Source: Sandaracinaceae bacterium (lineage in GTDB: Bacteria; Myxococcota_A; Polyangia; Polyangiales; JADJQN01). Taken from it: a stretch of DNA of 33,906 nt. Positions within the stretch are counted from its first letter, which is position 1; the number at the start of each line of letters is the position of its first letter. Shown in pieces: positions 11,801-18,856 of the stretch. The translations under genes and the position numbers were made by a program. Under the pieces are notes generated by a model, which saw nothing but the letters and a program-made list of their open reading frames with translations, did no database searches and was not told where the DNA came from. Where the stretch lies: the NCBI GenBank assembly GCA_947483975.1, contig CANKOL010000012.1:1-33906 (forward strand). Reading direction: 5' to 3'.

Positions 11801-14114
11801 GCTCATACGCGCGGAACGCGCGCTGCGGCTCGCCGATCTTCTGCGTGTAGATATCCGTCGCGTGGAACGAGAGCTTCACGCGCAGCTCCGGGTCCTGGAT
11901 CTTGTCGGCCGCGGTGCCGAGCACCTCGACGAGCCCCTCCCAGTCACCGACCTCGCCGTAGAGCGCCTCGAGGCCCTCGTAGTCACCCGCCGCGAGGTGC
12001 ATCTCGCGGAGCGTGCGCATCGCGCGACCGTTCTTCGGCTCGAGCGCGAGCACCCGCTTCCACGCGTCGGCGGACTTCACTTGGTCCGCAAGCTGCTCGC
12101 TGTAGATGGCCCCGACCTTCTGCAGGAGCTTGATGCGCTCCTGCACGTCCGCCGTCGCGGCGATGCGTCGCTCGAGCGCGTCGGCGAGCGTCGGGAAGTC
12201 TTTCTCGCGCTCGGCGAGCTTCTCGAGCGCATCAAGCGCCCCGGGCGCGTTCGGATCGACGTCGAGCACCTCGCGCCAGAGCTGCAGCGCGTCGGCGTTC
12301 TTGTGGAGTCGCTCCCCCGCGAGCTTGGCGAGCTCGACGAGGTTGTAGAGCCGCACGGTCGGATCGCTCGCGATGTCCGCCTCGCGGCGCATCACGTCGA
12401 AGAGCGGCTTCCACGCGCGCTTCTTCGCGTAGATGTCCTTCAGCTTCGTCAGCGCGTCGCGGTTGTCCGGGTCGATCTCGAACACCAGCTCGAGAGGCCG
12501 CGTCGCCTGATTGTAGTTGGCGAAGCGCTCGATCCAGAGGTTTGCCACGCGGGTGTAGAGGCGGACCTTGTTGTCCTTGTCGGTCTCCGCCTCTGCCTGC
12601 TTGGTGAGGACCTGAATCAGGTCGTTCCAGCGCCCGAGGGACTCGTAGGTCGTGGCGAGCGACTGCAGCGCTTCGACGTCGTCCGGCACGAGCTGCAGGA
12701 TCGCGTTGAAGGTGTTGATGACCATCACGTCGAGCGAGAGCTTGTCTCGATAGACGGGCACGATCTCTCGCAGCAGCGCGATGCGTCGCTCGGTGTCGGT
12801 CGCCGGCAGCTGCTCGAGCTCCGCCTTGAGCACCTCGACGAGCGCGTTCCACTTGCCGCCCTTGGCATAGAGCTCACGCAGGGCTGCGACGGCCTCGCCG
12901 CTCTGCGGGTCGAGGCGCTGCACGGCCTTCCACGCGTCGATCGCGCGATCCACGGTCGAGGGATTCGCCTGCGCTTGGCGCGCGAGTTCGACCGCGAGCC
13001 TGAGCTTGTCGCCCGAGTCGCCGGCGGTGCGCTGCGCGTCGCCGAGGATCGTGAGGAGGCGCCCCTCGTCGCCCGTCTGCGCGAGAAAATCCCTGTAGAA
13101 GTCGAGCATCGCGGGGTGCGCGGGGTCGATCTTGCGCAGGCGCGCGAAGTACGGCTCGGCCTCTGCGGGCTTCTGCCGCATCCGCCAATGGACCATGCCG
13201 AGCTGCAGCAGGATGCCCTGCTCGCTCTCGAGCTTCTGCCGCGAGCGGAGCGCGTCCTCGTAGAGCCCAACGAGGTGGTCCCACTGCTCGTGCTGCATGA
13301 AATGCTCGACGAGGAAGCTCATCGCCTCCGGGTGCCCCGGCGCGAAGTCGAGGACTCGCTCGTAGCAAGCGCCCGCGCGCTCCTGCTGGTCGAGCTTGCG
13401 CGCGATGACCCGGCTGGCGCGCACGAAGAGGTGCAGCTTCTCGTCGCGGTTCTTGGTCGCCTCGGCGGCGCCGATGAGGACCTTGGCGAGCTCCTCCCAC
13501 TTCTCTCGGGCGCGCAGCGTCTGCTCGTACAGCGCCGCGGCGCTCGTGGACGAGGGATCGACGGCGAGCGCCTCACCGAAGAGGGCGTCGACCTCCTTGT
13601 CGCGGCCGCGCTTCTTGTACTGCCAGACGAGCACCGCCGCGCGCTGGAGGACGGAGCTGCGCAGCGTCGGATCGGTCGCGCCGGCGGCCTCCTCGACGAG
13701 GCGCTTGCCGATCTCCTTCCAGCTCGACGCCACCTGCTCGAGCTGCACGAGTTGCTCGCGCGCGTCCTCATCGCCGGGGCGCAGCACGACGACCTTCTCG
13801 AGCGCTTCGTGCGCGCCCTTGTCGTCGAGGAGGCTGTCGCGACGCAGCCGCGCCAGGTCCTTCCACAGCTCCGCCTCGCGGTCGGGATCGCCGTCTACGA
13901 GCGTGACCTCGAGCTCGAGCAGCTTGGCGGCCGTGGCGACCTCGCCTCGTTGGGCGTGGCCCCGGCGTGCGAGCTCGAGCAAGGCCGCGGGGCCTACTCC
14001 GAGGCGCGCCGCGTCCCCACTCGTGAGCGCGTCGAGCAGCCCCTCGAGAGCAGGTTCGCTGTCCGGATCCGCGAGCAGCATGCCGAGACACTGAGAAACT
14101 GTGAGCGCGGCCAT
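2847..14114 (-). CDS. Giant tetratricopeptide-repeat protein (~3,755 aa), AgmK/GltI-like
   Basis: Uninterrupted 11.3-kb ORF built from TPR-like units (e.g. AIDAWKAVQRLDP, ALDALEKL..W..L). ATG 14114 has an SD-like AGGGAG; an alternative in-frame ATG lies at 14168. Size and repeat style recall myxobacterial AgmK/GltI, but orthology is unverified. Confidence 0.9.
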   Translation of the reverse strand: MAALTVSQCLGMLLADPDSEPALEGLLDALTSGDAARLGVGPAALLELARRGHAQRGEVATAAKLLELEVTLVDGDPDREAELWKDLARLRRDSLLDDKGAHEALEKVVVLRPGDEDAREQLVQLEQVASSWKEIGKRLVEEAAGATDPTLRSSVLQRAAVLVWQYKKRGRDKEVDALFGEALAVDPSSTSAAALYEQTLRAREKWEELAKVLIGAAEATKNRDEKLHLFVRASRVIARKLDQQERAGACYERVLDFAPGHPEAMSFLVEHFMQHEQWDHLVGLYEDALRSRQKLESEQGILLQLGMVHWRMRQKPAEAEPYFARLRKIDPAHPAMLDFYRDFLAQTGDEGRLLTILGDAQRTAGDSGDKLRLAVELARQAQANPSTVDRAIDAWKAVQRLDPQSGEAVAALRELYAKGGKWNALVEVLKAELEQLPATDTERRIALLREIVPVYRDKLSLDVMVINTFNAILQLVPDDVEALQSLATTYESLGRWNDLIQVLTKQAEAETDKDNKVRLYTRVANLWIERFANYNQATRPLELVFEIDPDNRDALTKLKDIYAKKRAWKPLFDVMRREADIASDPTVRLYNLVELAKLAGERLHKNADALQLWREVLDVDPNAPGALDALEKLAEREKDFPTLADALERRIAATADVQERIKLLQKVGAIYSEQLADQVKSADAWKRVLALEPKNGRAMRTLREMHLAAGDYEGLEALYGEVGDWEGLVEVLGTAADKIQDPELRVKLSFHATDIYTQKIGEPQRAFRAYERVLTADPTNERAARALIAIYEKDQKWPRLPALLEVLLAALPVGPDAPSSAVAERLEVLARLRDLSLGELREPERGFHWALEAYRAAPEDAAVRAGLELAAERAGAWERLAEAYSVRIAQDEGKAATADEQRSLRRRIAAFGETKLGKPELAIEQLRALVDADPTDGEAVASLERILRGEGRHADLRALLLSRIANTSDTTEQYVVLAELAKLEEHTLGDADGAASRYRAMLEIDGTDVDALAALDRLATAAGRHEELAEVLRRRRDTVKDAALRSELVVRLGQTLAGPLADAQGAVAAFADVLAQVPGHGQAMHALEQIVAAHLAAETEDAAAVRDEALALLESAYEGSGKYDKLARLLEGRLTRTKDEVERRALRLRLAEISSSKLGDATGAYGALEAAFLDNPTDPDLWDRLASAAEAAKQHESLAAAYTMALETGQLGESDAADLARRVAALYDDVLGRPDAAEPFHKRAYAHDPLDERAFAALKELYTNRERWDDLQVLYRNRIAQTVDAPAKYELLMQVCFLFEELLDDPLLAIRAYQDVLELEPNDEPTRAALERLFRRTARWRDLADLLRGELDRSTGDARLERTLQLGELAEQHLAEPATAVDQYEAVVLEQPGNDRARVALERLLVEPGQRQRIAAVLEPLYERRYDWADLTGVLEVQLEAVKDPGSRVGLLMRIAEIQEARLNDLDKAFNAFERAVLAEPADSAAREELGRIAVMRGQDRQRADVLERAILLTDSPQLQGEILAEIAAVYFDRLQDTDRAESAYERLIAVDPHNPEPVLLASRALEAIHLAKGDQAKLAEDLRRQARFESDGDARRTLLVRLGTLLEESLGDIEGAIAVNDERLGNDAADVDAMLSLERLYERTERWQALVQTLKARDGVTTDEGVRREIAKRIAKLYEEKLDDRENATIAWNDVLASFGQDRETLSALARLYEVAERWSELLETLDLEQELLAQQGASGDERAASRFRSAELMRTRTNDRDRAIEAYAEVLDLDPSHAGTTLALEALLTATELSERIAAAKVLVPRYEGSGAYDKLLAALEVTSETDDDFEKLRALRRASEVADVGLGDAVRAFQLLGRAVRVGLNEADLPEMLRELERLAASAERWADLVALLREIAPEIPDGDLQTETNAKIATLARTRLNERDLARQYFLKVLEGRPDDSAALDALEEIDEESGDARGLLETLKRKAELASSPDARLWLLMRQAEICETRIDDVPASIDAYEQVLESSDKAEAYDGLERLYAKAERWGDLASLYERKLERKAGHEVTTHYALGKARMERLGDTEAALESFRAALSVDHAHAPSIAALSALMSGGEWQAKAAEILEPVFLSTMDWPNVIAALEARLAHEQELDARKDLLSRLGDYCETHLDDLEGALETYARLFREDPVDETVWETLGRLARVLEKPVRLVEIFDERLDARGVDDPLMAKLALHAGRLHDEKTGDLKGAAKDYGLALRFDPTDAIAFGALESVYLRQKAHDDVLKLWREQVDVAPSEERRVALLHKIAHTLEAEKKDFEQAIGVYREIVEVDPNDATAVAALDRLLVQLERWQDVADLLRQRIDQATGTPGEIEFKYRLGEVLATRLGDKTGAIDVYEEITQLSPTHAPTIGALETLVQDEENRLRIIQLLEPIYRAADQWRKLVAVYEAQLPLLEDPFERARVLSAIAALHEQKGRDAALAFHAWARAFPLDPSDEAVRAELDRLANVLDAWDDHVAAYEEALAATTEPAIISLLLATIARVHDEKRGDPRSAILTYERLLEQDESDPTPLDALEALHTMVGDWRGLVEVLRRKCERSYDAAERGELLRRAGSVLEELLSDRAGAIDAYRRAVSEDDTDEVALESLDRLYAMSGDAENLAATLRRRAELSQDADVRIDSNLRLGVLAEEHLRQPSEATAAYERVLADRPGDGTAVLALARLYERQGLWTELLENLRLQAGMAQDSMARAQLLHRGGEVLERDLDDVSEAIGMYREALLIAPRLEAPLAALLRITKLEDHRAAAAEVLEPLLREQGRHDELAELLERTVEGTSDNLAKRDELRRLAEVHEQGRGDRAAAFDAYRRALAEDPSDADIADQLERLAVVLNAWDRVADAFAARASSALDPVHARALYLRLANVAENRLGDDARAIEAYRRAAEQAGDDEETLAALDRLYVKTQGANELADVLERRIQLASDPSASAVLSIRLGELKEQHFGDRRGALQAYRDVVDRDPTDPRATAALERLLGDDSLAGELIDVLDGVYRQTGALEKVAALYDVRIRLADTSSDRVRFLQEAAQLWEQELGRPERALTAYRQAFELDPRDEALLGELERLAPVVGSWEALRGLVEKVTADGDLDRSVRRDLHLRAAHWYREALGDVVAAEQQLRAAIAADADTHEAHEQLAEVLRGPGREPELVSALRAWAEVEHDDVARRERLREAARLAEFVMGDVSIAAACHEAILAIDGSDLVALDDLTRLREAAGRWQDVVELLERRVDAEPEPTLRIASRHRIGQIQREHLSNLDAAIAAFRGVLDEQPSDTDAMSALEAIYEGRSAWEDLREILERRLDAAETPSQRIAARVRLARLMEKSFGKRAEAMAQLQEILDEEPKNGEALDELERLLGADGRFADVVAMLDRRIEDATADGDAVGEIAALGRLADVQEKHLHDSGKAVEAYERILERRPEDTRALASLVRLHEAAKDYPRIADALERLLVLRSGVDTVESAHRLADIAEAQLGDPDRAEGALRRALEAANEPDTRERLKAFYEKHARFDRLAEMLAQELDGVTETTARGALLKRIASIYETKLADPGRAATYFEQAAQLTPEDRGVLLPLCDLYVAAGRAADAVPVLEKIIASFGGKRVKEVAQYHHRLGLALEGMGDQAGALAQLDAAFKVDLTSVPILRDLGRLTHSTGDFDRAQKTFRALLLQKLDANSGITKGEVYFYLGDICAKQGDKPKAISMLERALAEDKSNQAAAALLTSLKS

Positions 14115-14292
14115 CGGTCTCCCTGAAACTTCAGACGGGTAGGCGACGCGCTCGACCTCCGGCCGCATGGCAGTCCGGTGACGGCAGGAAGATCAGCCGA
14201 GCGCGACGGAGCAGGACAATGCGGAGCGAAAAGCCTAAGAATTTTGCCGTACTACGACTGCTTAAGGAGCGAACGGGCAGCCCGGCGAGCCG

Positions 14293-14322
14293 ATGGTAGA
14301 GCCGCGTGGAGTCGCGTTGCAA
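14293..14322 (-). promoter_or_regulatory. Putative sigma70-type promoter for the giant TPR operon
   Basis: Minus strand TTGCAA (14322-14317), 18-nt spacer, TACCAT (14298-14293), in a relatively AT-rich intergenic region. Confidence 0.45.
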
Positions 14323-14363
14323 GCGATAACACGGCGACCTCTGTAAGGCTCTCGACGCCCTCG

Positions 14364-15320
14364 CTACAAGGGGGGGGCGCGTCGACGCGCGCGGGTCGCG
14401 AGCAGCCCACGCAGCGTGACGCTCGCGACGATCAGGAAGCCACCGACGAGCGCCCCCACCGATGGCCGCTCGCCGTAGCCGAGCGCGACCCAGACCGGGT
14501 TGAGCACGGGCTCGATCGAGGCGACGATCCCCGCCTCGACCGCCGTGACGCGCGCAGTGCCGGCGATGAAGAGCACGTAGGAGACGCCGATCTGCAAGAG
14601 CCCGAGCGCCAGCAGCACCGCGACGCTCGTGAGCTCCACGGGCCCCGCGATGACCATCCAAGGCGAGGCGAGGAGCGAGCCGATCGCGTTGCCGAGCGTC
14701 ACGGCGACGAGCGCGCCGAGGGGGCTGCCCGCGACGTCGGCGAAGGCCTCGCCCCGTCGGACGGCGTCGAGGCGCTCCTTTCGCAGCAAGAGCGTGAGCA
14801 GCCCGAAGCCGAAGCCTGAGACGAGCGCGAGCACGTTGCCGAGGGCGGCGCCGTCCGCGAAGCCGTTGCCGAAGAAGAAGAGCATCCCGGCGCCACAGCC
14901 GCCGACGGCGAGCCAGTCCCACCAAGCGACGCGCTCGCGGAGCAGGAGCGGCGAGAGCAGGACGACGTGCAGAGGCGACGTGTATTGCAGGAGGATCGCG
15001 TTGGCGGCCGTCGTCAGGCGCGTCGCGGCGACGTAGAGCATCACCGCGACCGCGTAGGAGATCGCCACATACCAAGTCGAGGGACGCAGCAGCGCGGCGC
15101 GCACCTCGCCGCCGCGCTCGCGCGCCGCGAAGCCGAGCGCGACGAGCATCACCGGCAGCGCGAAGAAGCAGCGGTAGCCCGCGATCGCGAGCGGATGCGC
15201 GTGCACGAGCTTGATCCCGAGCCCGCCGCCGCTCCAGAGCAGCGCCGCCGCGACCACCAGCGCGATGCCCACCGCGTGATCGCGCTTCTCCCCGAGCCCT
15301 GCGGAAGGCACCCGGCTCAA
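14364..15320 (-). CDS. EamA/DMT family (drug/metabolite) transporter
   Basis: About 10 hydrophobic segments; motifs ALLWSGGG, TTAANAILLQYTSP, LLLRER and IEPVLNPVW..GE; TTG start overlaps the HMG-CoA lyase stop (TTGA). Confidence 0.9.
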   Translation of the reverse strand: MSRVPSAGLGEKRDHAVGIALVVAAALLWSGGGLGIKLVHAHPLAIAGYRCFFALPVMLVALGFAARERGGEVRAALLRPSTWYVAISYAVAVMLYVAATRLTTAANAILLQYTSPLHVVLLSPLLLRERVAWWDWLAVGGCGAGMLFFFGNGFADGAALGNVLALVSGFGFGLLTLLLRKERLDAVRRGEAFADVAGSPLGALVAVTLGNAIGSLLASPWMVIAGPVELTSVAVLLALGLLQIGVSYVLFIAGTARVTAVEAGIVASIEPVLNPVWVALGYGERPSVGALVGGFLIVASVTLRGLLATRARRRAPPL

Positions 15321-16240
15321 GCGCTCAGCGAGCGCACGCCGGCGCGGTGCACCTTGCCTGGAAGCTCGCGCCCGACGACCGCTTCGGCGACCTTGCCGGC
15401 CTCCCAGAGCTTGTCGAGATCGATGTCGGTCGCGATGCCCATCCCGTGCAGCATGAAGACGAGGTCCTCGGTCGCGAGGTTGCCCGCGGCGCCGGGCGCG
15501 TACGGGCAGCCGCCGAGCCCGCCGACAGACGCGTCGAGCGTACGAATCCCGAGCTCGAGCCCGACGAGCGCGTTGGCGAGCGCGGTGCCCCGCGTGTCGT
15601 GGAGGTGCAGCGCGACCTCGGCGTTCGGCATCTCCGAGAGGAACATCCGCACGAGGTCGTGCGTCTGCCGCGGCGTGCCCACGCCGATCGTGTCGCCGAG
15701 GGAGATCTGATAGCAGCCCTGCGCCCGTAATTCCTGGGCGATCTCCAGCGCGCGGCGGGGGTCGATCGCGCCCTCATACGGGCAGCCCCACACCGTCGAG
15801 ACGTAGCCGCGCACGCGGAGCCCGGCGGCGACGGCGGGCGCGATCACGTGCCGAAAGCCCTCGAGCGTCGCCTGCACCGTCTTGTTCACGTTCTTGAGGT
15901 TGTGCGTCTCGCTCGCAGAGACGAACACGCCGATCTCCTCGATACCGGACGCGAGCGCGCGCTCGAGCCCCTTCGCGTTCGGGCACAGCGCCGAGTAGAC
16001 GACGCCCTCGCGGCGCGGCACCAGGCGCGCGACATCGTCGGCGTCGGCGAGCTGAGGCACCCAGCGCGGCGACACGAAGCTCGTCACCTCGATGCGGCGC
16101 AGGCCCGCCGCGACGAGCGCCTCGATCAGCCGGAGCTTGCGCGCCGTCGGCACCGTCGCAGCCTCGTTCTGCAGCCCGTCGCGCGGCGAGACCTCGTGGA
16201 CCGAAACCGCGTCAGGCACAGCGTCGAAGAGAGCGCTCAT
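15317..16240 (-). CDS. hmgL: Hydroxymethylglutaryl-CoA lyase
   Basis: Motifs EVSPRDGLQNE, SFVSPRWVPQLAD, WGCPYEG, SLGDTIG, HLHDTRG and GGLGGCPYAPGAAGNLATED. Confidence 0.96.
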   Translation of the reverse strand: MSALFDAVPDAVSVHEVSPRDGLQNEAATVPTARKLRLIEALVAAGLRRIEVTSFVSPRWVPQLADADDVARLVPRREGVVYSALCPNAKGLERALASGIEEIGVFVSASETHNLKNVNKTVQATLEGFRHVIAPAVAAGLRVRGYVSTVWGCPYEGAIDPRRALEIAQELRAQGCYQISLGDTIGVGTPRQTHDLVRMFLSEMPNAEVALHLHDTRGTALANALVGLELGIRTLDASVGGLGGCPYAPGAAGNLATEDLVFMLHGMGIATDIDLDKLWEAGKVAEAVVGRELPGKVHRAGVRSLSA

Positions 16241-16372
16241 CGTGCGCGGGGAATCTCACCTCGGAGGGCGTGCGTCAAGGACAGGGCATGAGCGAGCGCT
16301 CGCCGCCGCGGTGGGCTCGGTGCGCACTCAGGAGTGGAAAGAACTGCGCCCATGCGGTAACGGGCTCGTGCG

Positions 16373-17263
16373 ATGCGCAAGCGCAGCACGAACCGGGTCC
16401 GCAAGCGGCGCGACGGCGACCGCGACGCGACCACAGGCCGCCGCGCGGCGTACACGGTCGCGCTCACGGCCCTGGTGCTGTGCGGGTTGGGCTGCGTCGA
16501 CGCCGAGCCCGCTCCGCTGCGCTCGAGCGCCTCGGCGCCGCGCGAAGACGCGCTCGTGGTGTTCGCAGCGACGTCGCTTCGCGAGGCGTTCACGGCGATG
16601 GGCGGCACGTTCGAGCGCGACCATCCGGGCGTCGAACTCACGTTCAATTTCGCCGGCACGCAGCAGCTTCGGACGCAGCTCGAGCATGGCGCCTCGGCCG
16701 ATGTGTTCGCCTCCGCGGACCGACGGCAAATGGGCGAGGTCGTGCAGGCGGCGCTCGCCTCCGCGCCAGTCGTCTTCGCGCGGAACGAGCCCGTCGTCGT
16801 CGTCTCGAGAGAGAGCGCAGGCGCGCTCCGAACCTTCGCCGATCTGCCGAGCGCGACCCGCCTCGTGATCGGGACTCCGGAGGTCCCGATCGGCCGCTAC
16901 ACCCTGCAGCTCCTCGACCGCGCCTCCGCCAGCCTCGGGGCAGGCTTTCGCGCGCGCGTCGAAGCGCAGGTGGTCTCGCGGGAGCTCGACGTGCGACAGG
17001 TCCTGACGAAGGTGAGCCTCGGCGAGGCGGATGCGGGCATCGTCTACCGCACGGACGCGAACACCGCGCTCGATCGCGTCACCGTGGTGACCATCCCGCC
17101 GGAGTTCAACGTGATCGCCGAGTACCCGCTCGCGGTCTTGACGAGCGCCGCCCATCCGAGGCTCGCTCACGCATGGGTGGACTTCGTCCTCTCGAGCGTG
17201 GGGCAGCAGGCCCTGCGACACGCGGGCTTCCTCGCCCCGGCGGGGACCGGCGCCGCGCCATGA
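16373..17263 (+). CDS. modA: Molybdate ABC transporter substrate-binding lipoprotein
   Basis: Motifs VFAATSL, FNFAGTQQL, ADVFASAD, VPIGRY and GEADAGIVY; lipobox-like LCGLGC. Exact start codon uncertain. Confidence 0.93.
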   Translation: MRKRSTNRVRKRRDGDRDATTGRRAAYTVALTALVLCGLGCVDAEPAPLRSSASAPREDALVVFAATSLREAFTAMGGTFERDHPGVELTFNFAGTQQLRTQLEHGASADVFASADRRQMGEVVQAALASAPVVFARNEPVVVVSRESAGALRTFADLPSATRLVIGTPEVPIGRYTLQLLDRASASLGAGFRARVEAQVVSRELDVRQVLTKVSLGEADAGIVYRTDANTALDRVTVVTIPPEFNVIAEYPLAVLTSAAHPRLAHAWVDFVLSSVGQQALRHAGFLAPAGTGAAP

Positions 17264-18072
17264 GCCGCCGCCGATTGCGCGCAGAGCACGCGACGCTGGT
17301 CGTCGTCGGCGGGTTGCTCGTCGGGTTCCTCGTCGTGCCGCTGCTGGCGCTCTTCGTGCGCACGACGGCGCTCGACTTTCGCGAAGGGCTCCGACACCCG
17401 CTCGTCTGGCCCGCGCTGCGGCTCAGCCTCCTGACGACGACGGTGAGCTCGACCTTCGTCGTACTCCTCGGGGCGCCCCTCGCGTGGACGCTCGCTCGCG
17501 CCCGCGGTCGCCTCGCGCGGACGATCGAGACGACCGTGCAGCTCCCCATCGTGATCCCTCCCGCGGTCGCTGGCGTGGCCATGCTCCTCGCGTTCGGTCG
17601 GCGCGGGGTGCTCGCAGGCTGGCTCTACCCGGCGGGATGGTCGGTCACGTTCACGACGGCCGCGGTCGTGATGGCAGAGGTGTTCGTCTCGGCGCCCTTC
17701 TTCGTGCAAGCGGCGACGAGCGCGTTCCGACGCATCGATGCGAACACGTTGATCGTGGCGCGCAGCTTCGGTGCCTCGCCGCTGCGCGTGTTCTTCCGCG
17801 TCGCCCTGCCGATGGCCGCTCCCGGCCTCGTCGCGGGCGCTGCGATGAGCTGGGCGCGCGCGCTCGGAGAATTCGGCGCGACGCTCATGTTCGCGGGCAA
17901 CCTGCCCGGACGCACGCAGACCCTTCCGCTGGCGATCTACACGGCGCTCGAGTCGGATCTCCGCGCGGCGCAGGCGCTCTCGATCGTCCTCGTCGTCGTC
18001 GCCTTCGCGCTGCTGCTCTTCGTCCGCGAGGTCCTGCGTCGCTCGACCGAGCGCCCCGAGGTGCCGACGTGA
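17260..18072 (+). CDS. modB: Molybdate ABC transporter permease
   Basis: ATGA overlap with the modA stop; motifs LPIVIPPAVAG, FFRVALP and WARALGEFGATLMFAGNLPGRTQTLPLAIY. Confidence 0.95.
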   Translation: MSRRRLRAEHATLVVVGGLLVGFLVVPLLALFVRTTALDFREGLRHPLVWPALRLSLLTTTVSSTFVVLLGAPLAWTLARARGRLARTIETTVQLPIVIPPAVAGVAMLLAFGRRGVLAGWLYPAGWSVTFTTAAVVMAEVFVSAPFFVQAATSAFRRIDANTLIVARSFGASPLRVFFRVALPMAAPGLVAGAAMSWARALGEFGATLMFAGNLPGRTQTLPLAIYTALESDLRAAQALSIVLVVVAFALLLFVREVLRRSTERPEVPT

Positions 18073-18824
18073 GCGCGCCCGCCGTCGGCAACCTGCGCGC
18101 GCAGCTCCGGGCCAGCGTCGGGCGCCTCCGCATCGACGTCGAGTTCGACACCGCGCCGGGCACGCTCGTCGTGGTCGGGCCCAATGGCGCGGGCAAGAGC
18201 ACCGTGCTCTCGCTGCTGCTCGGCGCGTCGGCTGTCGAGCGCGGGCGAATCACGATTGGCGACACGGTGTTGCTCGACACCGAGCTGGGCGTCGACGTGC
18301 CGCTCGAGGCGCGCGGGCTCGGCTATGTGCCGCAAGACTACGCGCTCTTCCCGCACCTCAGCGTCCGCGAGAACCTCGAGTTCGCGCTCGCGAGCGGCCC
18401 GTCGCGCCCCGATCGGGCGGCGCGGAACCTGCGCGTCGAGGCGCTCCTCCGAGACCTCGGACTCGAGGCGCTCGAGCGTCGACGCCCTCGCACGCTCTCT
18501 GGCGGTGAGAAGCAACGCGTCGCGCTCGCGCGCGCGCTGTCGGTGAGTCCACGCGCGCTGCTGCTCGACGAACCGCTCGCGGCGCTCGACGTGCACTCGC
18601 GCCGCGAAGTCCGGCGGTTTCTCGGCGCCTACCTGCGGACGCTCGAGCTACCGACCGTCGTGGTCACGCACGACGCGGACGACGCGCGCATGCTCGGGCA
18701 CCGCATCGCGGTGCTCGAGGCGGGCAAGGTGACGCAGACCGGCACCTGGTCGCAGCTCGCCGCGCAGCCCGCCTCACGATTCATCGAGGAATTCGTGGCG
18801 TCCTCGAGCCAGGCGAGCGACTGA
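18069..18824 (+). CDS. modC: Molybdate ABC transporter ATP-binding protein (short form, no obvious TOBE domain)
   Basis: GTGA overlap with the modB stop; Walker A GPNGAGKS, Q-loop VPQDYALFPHL, signature LSGGEKQ, Walker B LLLDEP and VTHD. Confidence 0.92.
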   Translation: MSAPAVGNLRAQLRASVGRLRIDVEFDTAPGTLVVVGPNGAGKSTVLSLLLGASAVERGRITIGDTVLLDTELGVDVPLEARGLGYVPQDYALFPHLSVRENLEFALASGPSRPDRAARNLRVEALLRDLGLEALERRRPRTLSGGEKQRVALARALSVSPRALLLDEPLAALDVHSRREVRRFLGAYLRTLELPTVVVTHDADDARMLGHRIAVLEAGKVTQTGTWSQLAAQPASRFIEEFVASSSQASD

Positions 18825-18825
18825 C

Positions 18826-18848
18826 GGCGGGCGTCGAGCGCGCCCGCC
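18826..18848. terminator. GC-rich hairpin between the convergent modC and crt genes (possible terminator or 3' protective stem)
   Basis: GGCGGGCG (18826-33) pairs with CGCCCGCC (18841-48) around a 7-nt loop, in the 32-nt gap between the two stop codons; no U-tract. Confidence 0.4.
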
Positions 18849-18856
18849 CGTCGACT

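Noticed and set aside
2847..14114. Frequent CTCGAG/GCGCTCGAGC words suggesting a DNA repeat array
   Set aside because: Explained by Leu-Glu and Ala-Leu-Glu codon pairs in the helical repeats; there is no regular repeat-spacer structure, so this is not CRISPR.
2217..14126. Long plus-strand ORFs (695, 1132, 681 and 1376 aa) antisense to the TPR gene
   Set aside because: Shadow ORFs expected from extreme GC3 bias; no recognisable motifs or start signals.
14370..14377. G8 homopolymer as a phase-variation tract
   Set aside because: It lies in the last codons of the EamA gene, so slippage would alter only the extreme C-terminus.
16241..16372. Moco riboswitch or ModE box upstream of modA
   Set aside because: No TATAT-N7-TAYAT-like box and no recognisable riboswitch consensus by eye; an Infernal search is needed to exclude it.
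16270..17259. Apparent 330-aa N-terminal extension of ModB (and similar extensions of ModC, Crt and Hbd in the ORF track)
   Set aside because: These are alternative-frame overlaps of the upstream genes. The true starts are marked by ATGA/GTGA overlaps or an SD, so no frameshift or fusion is needed.
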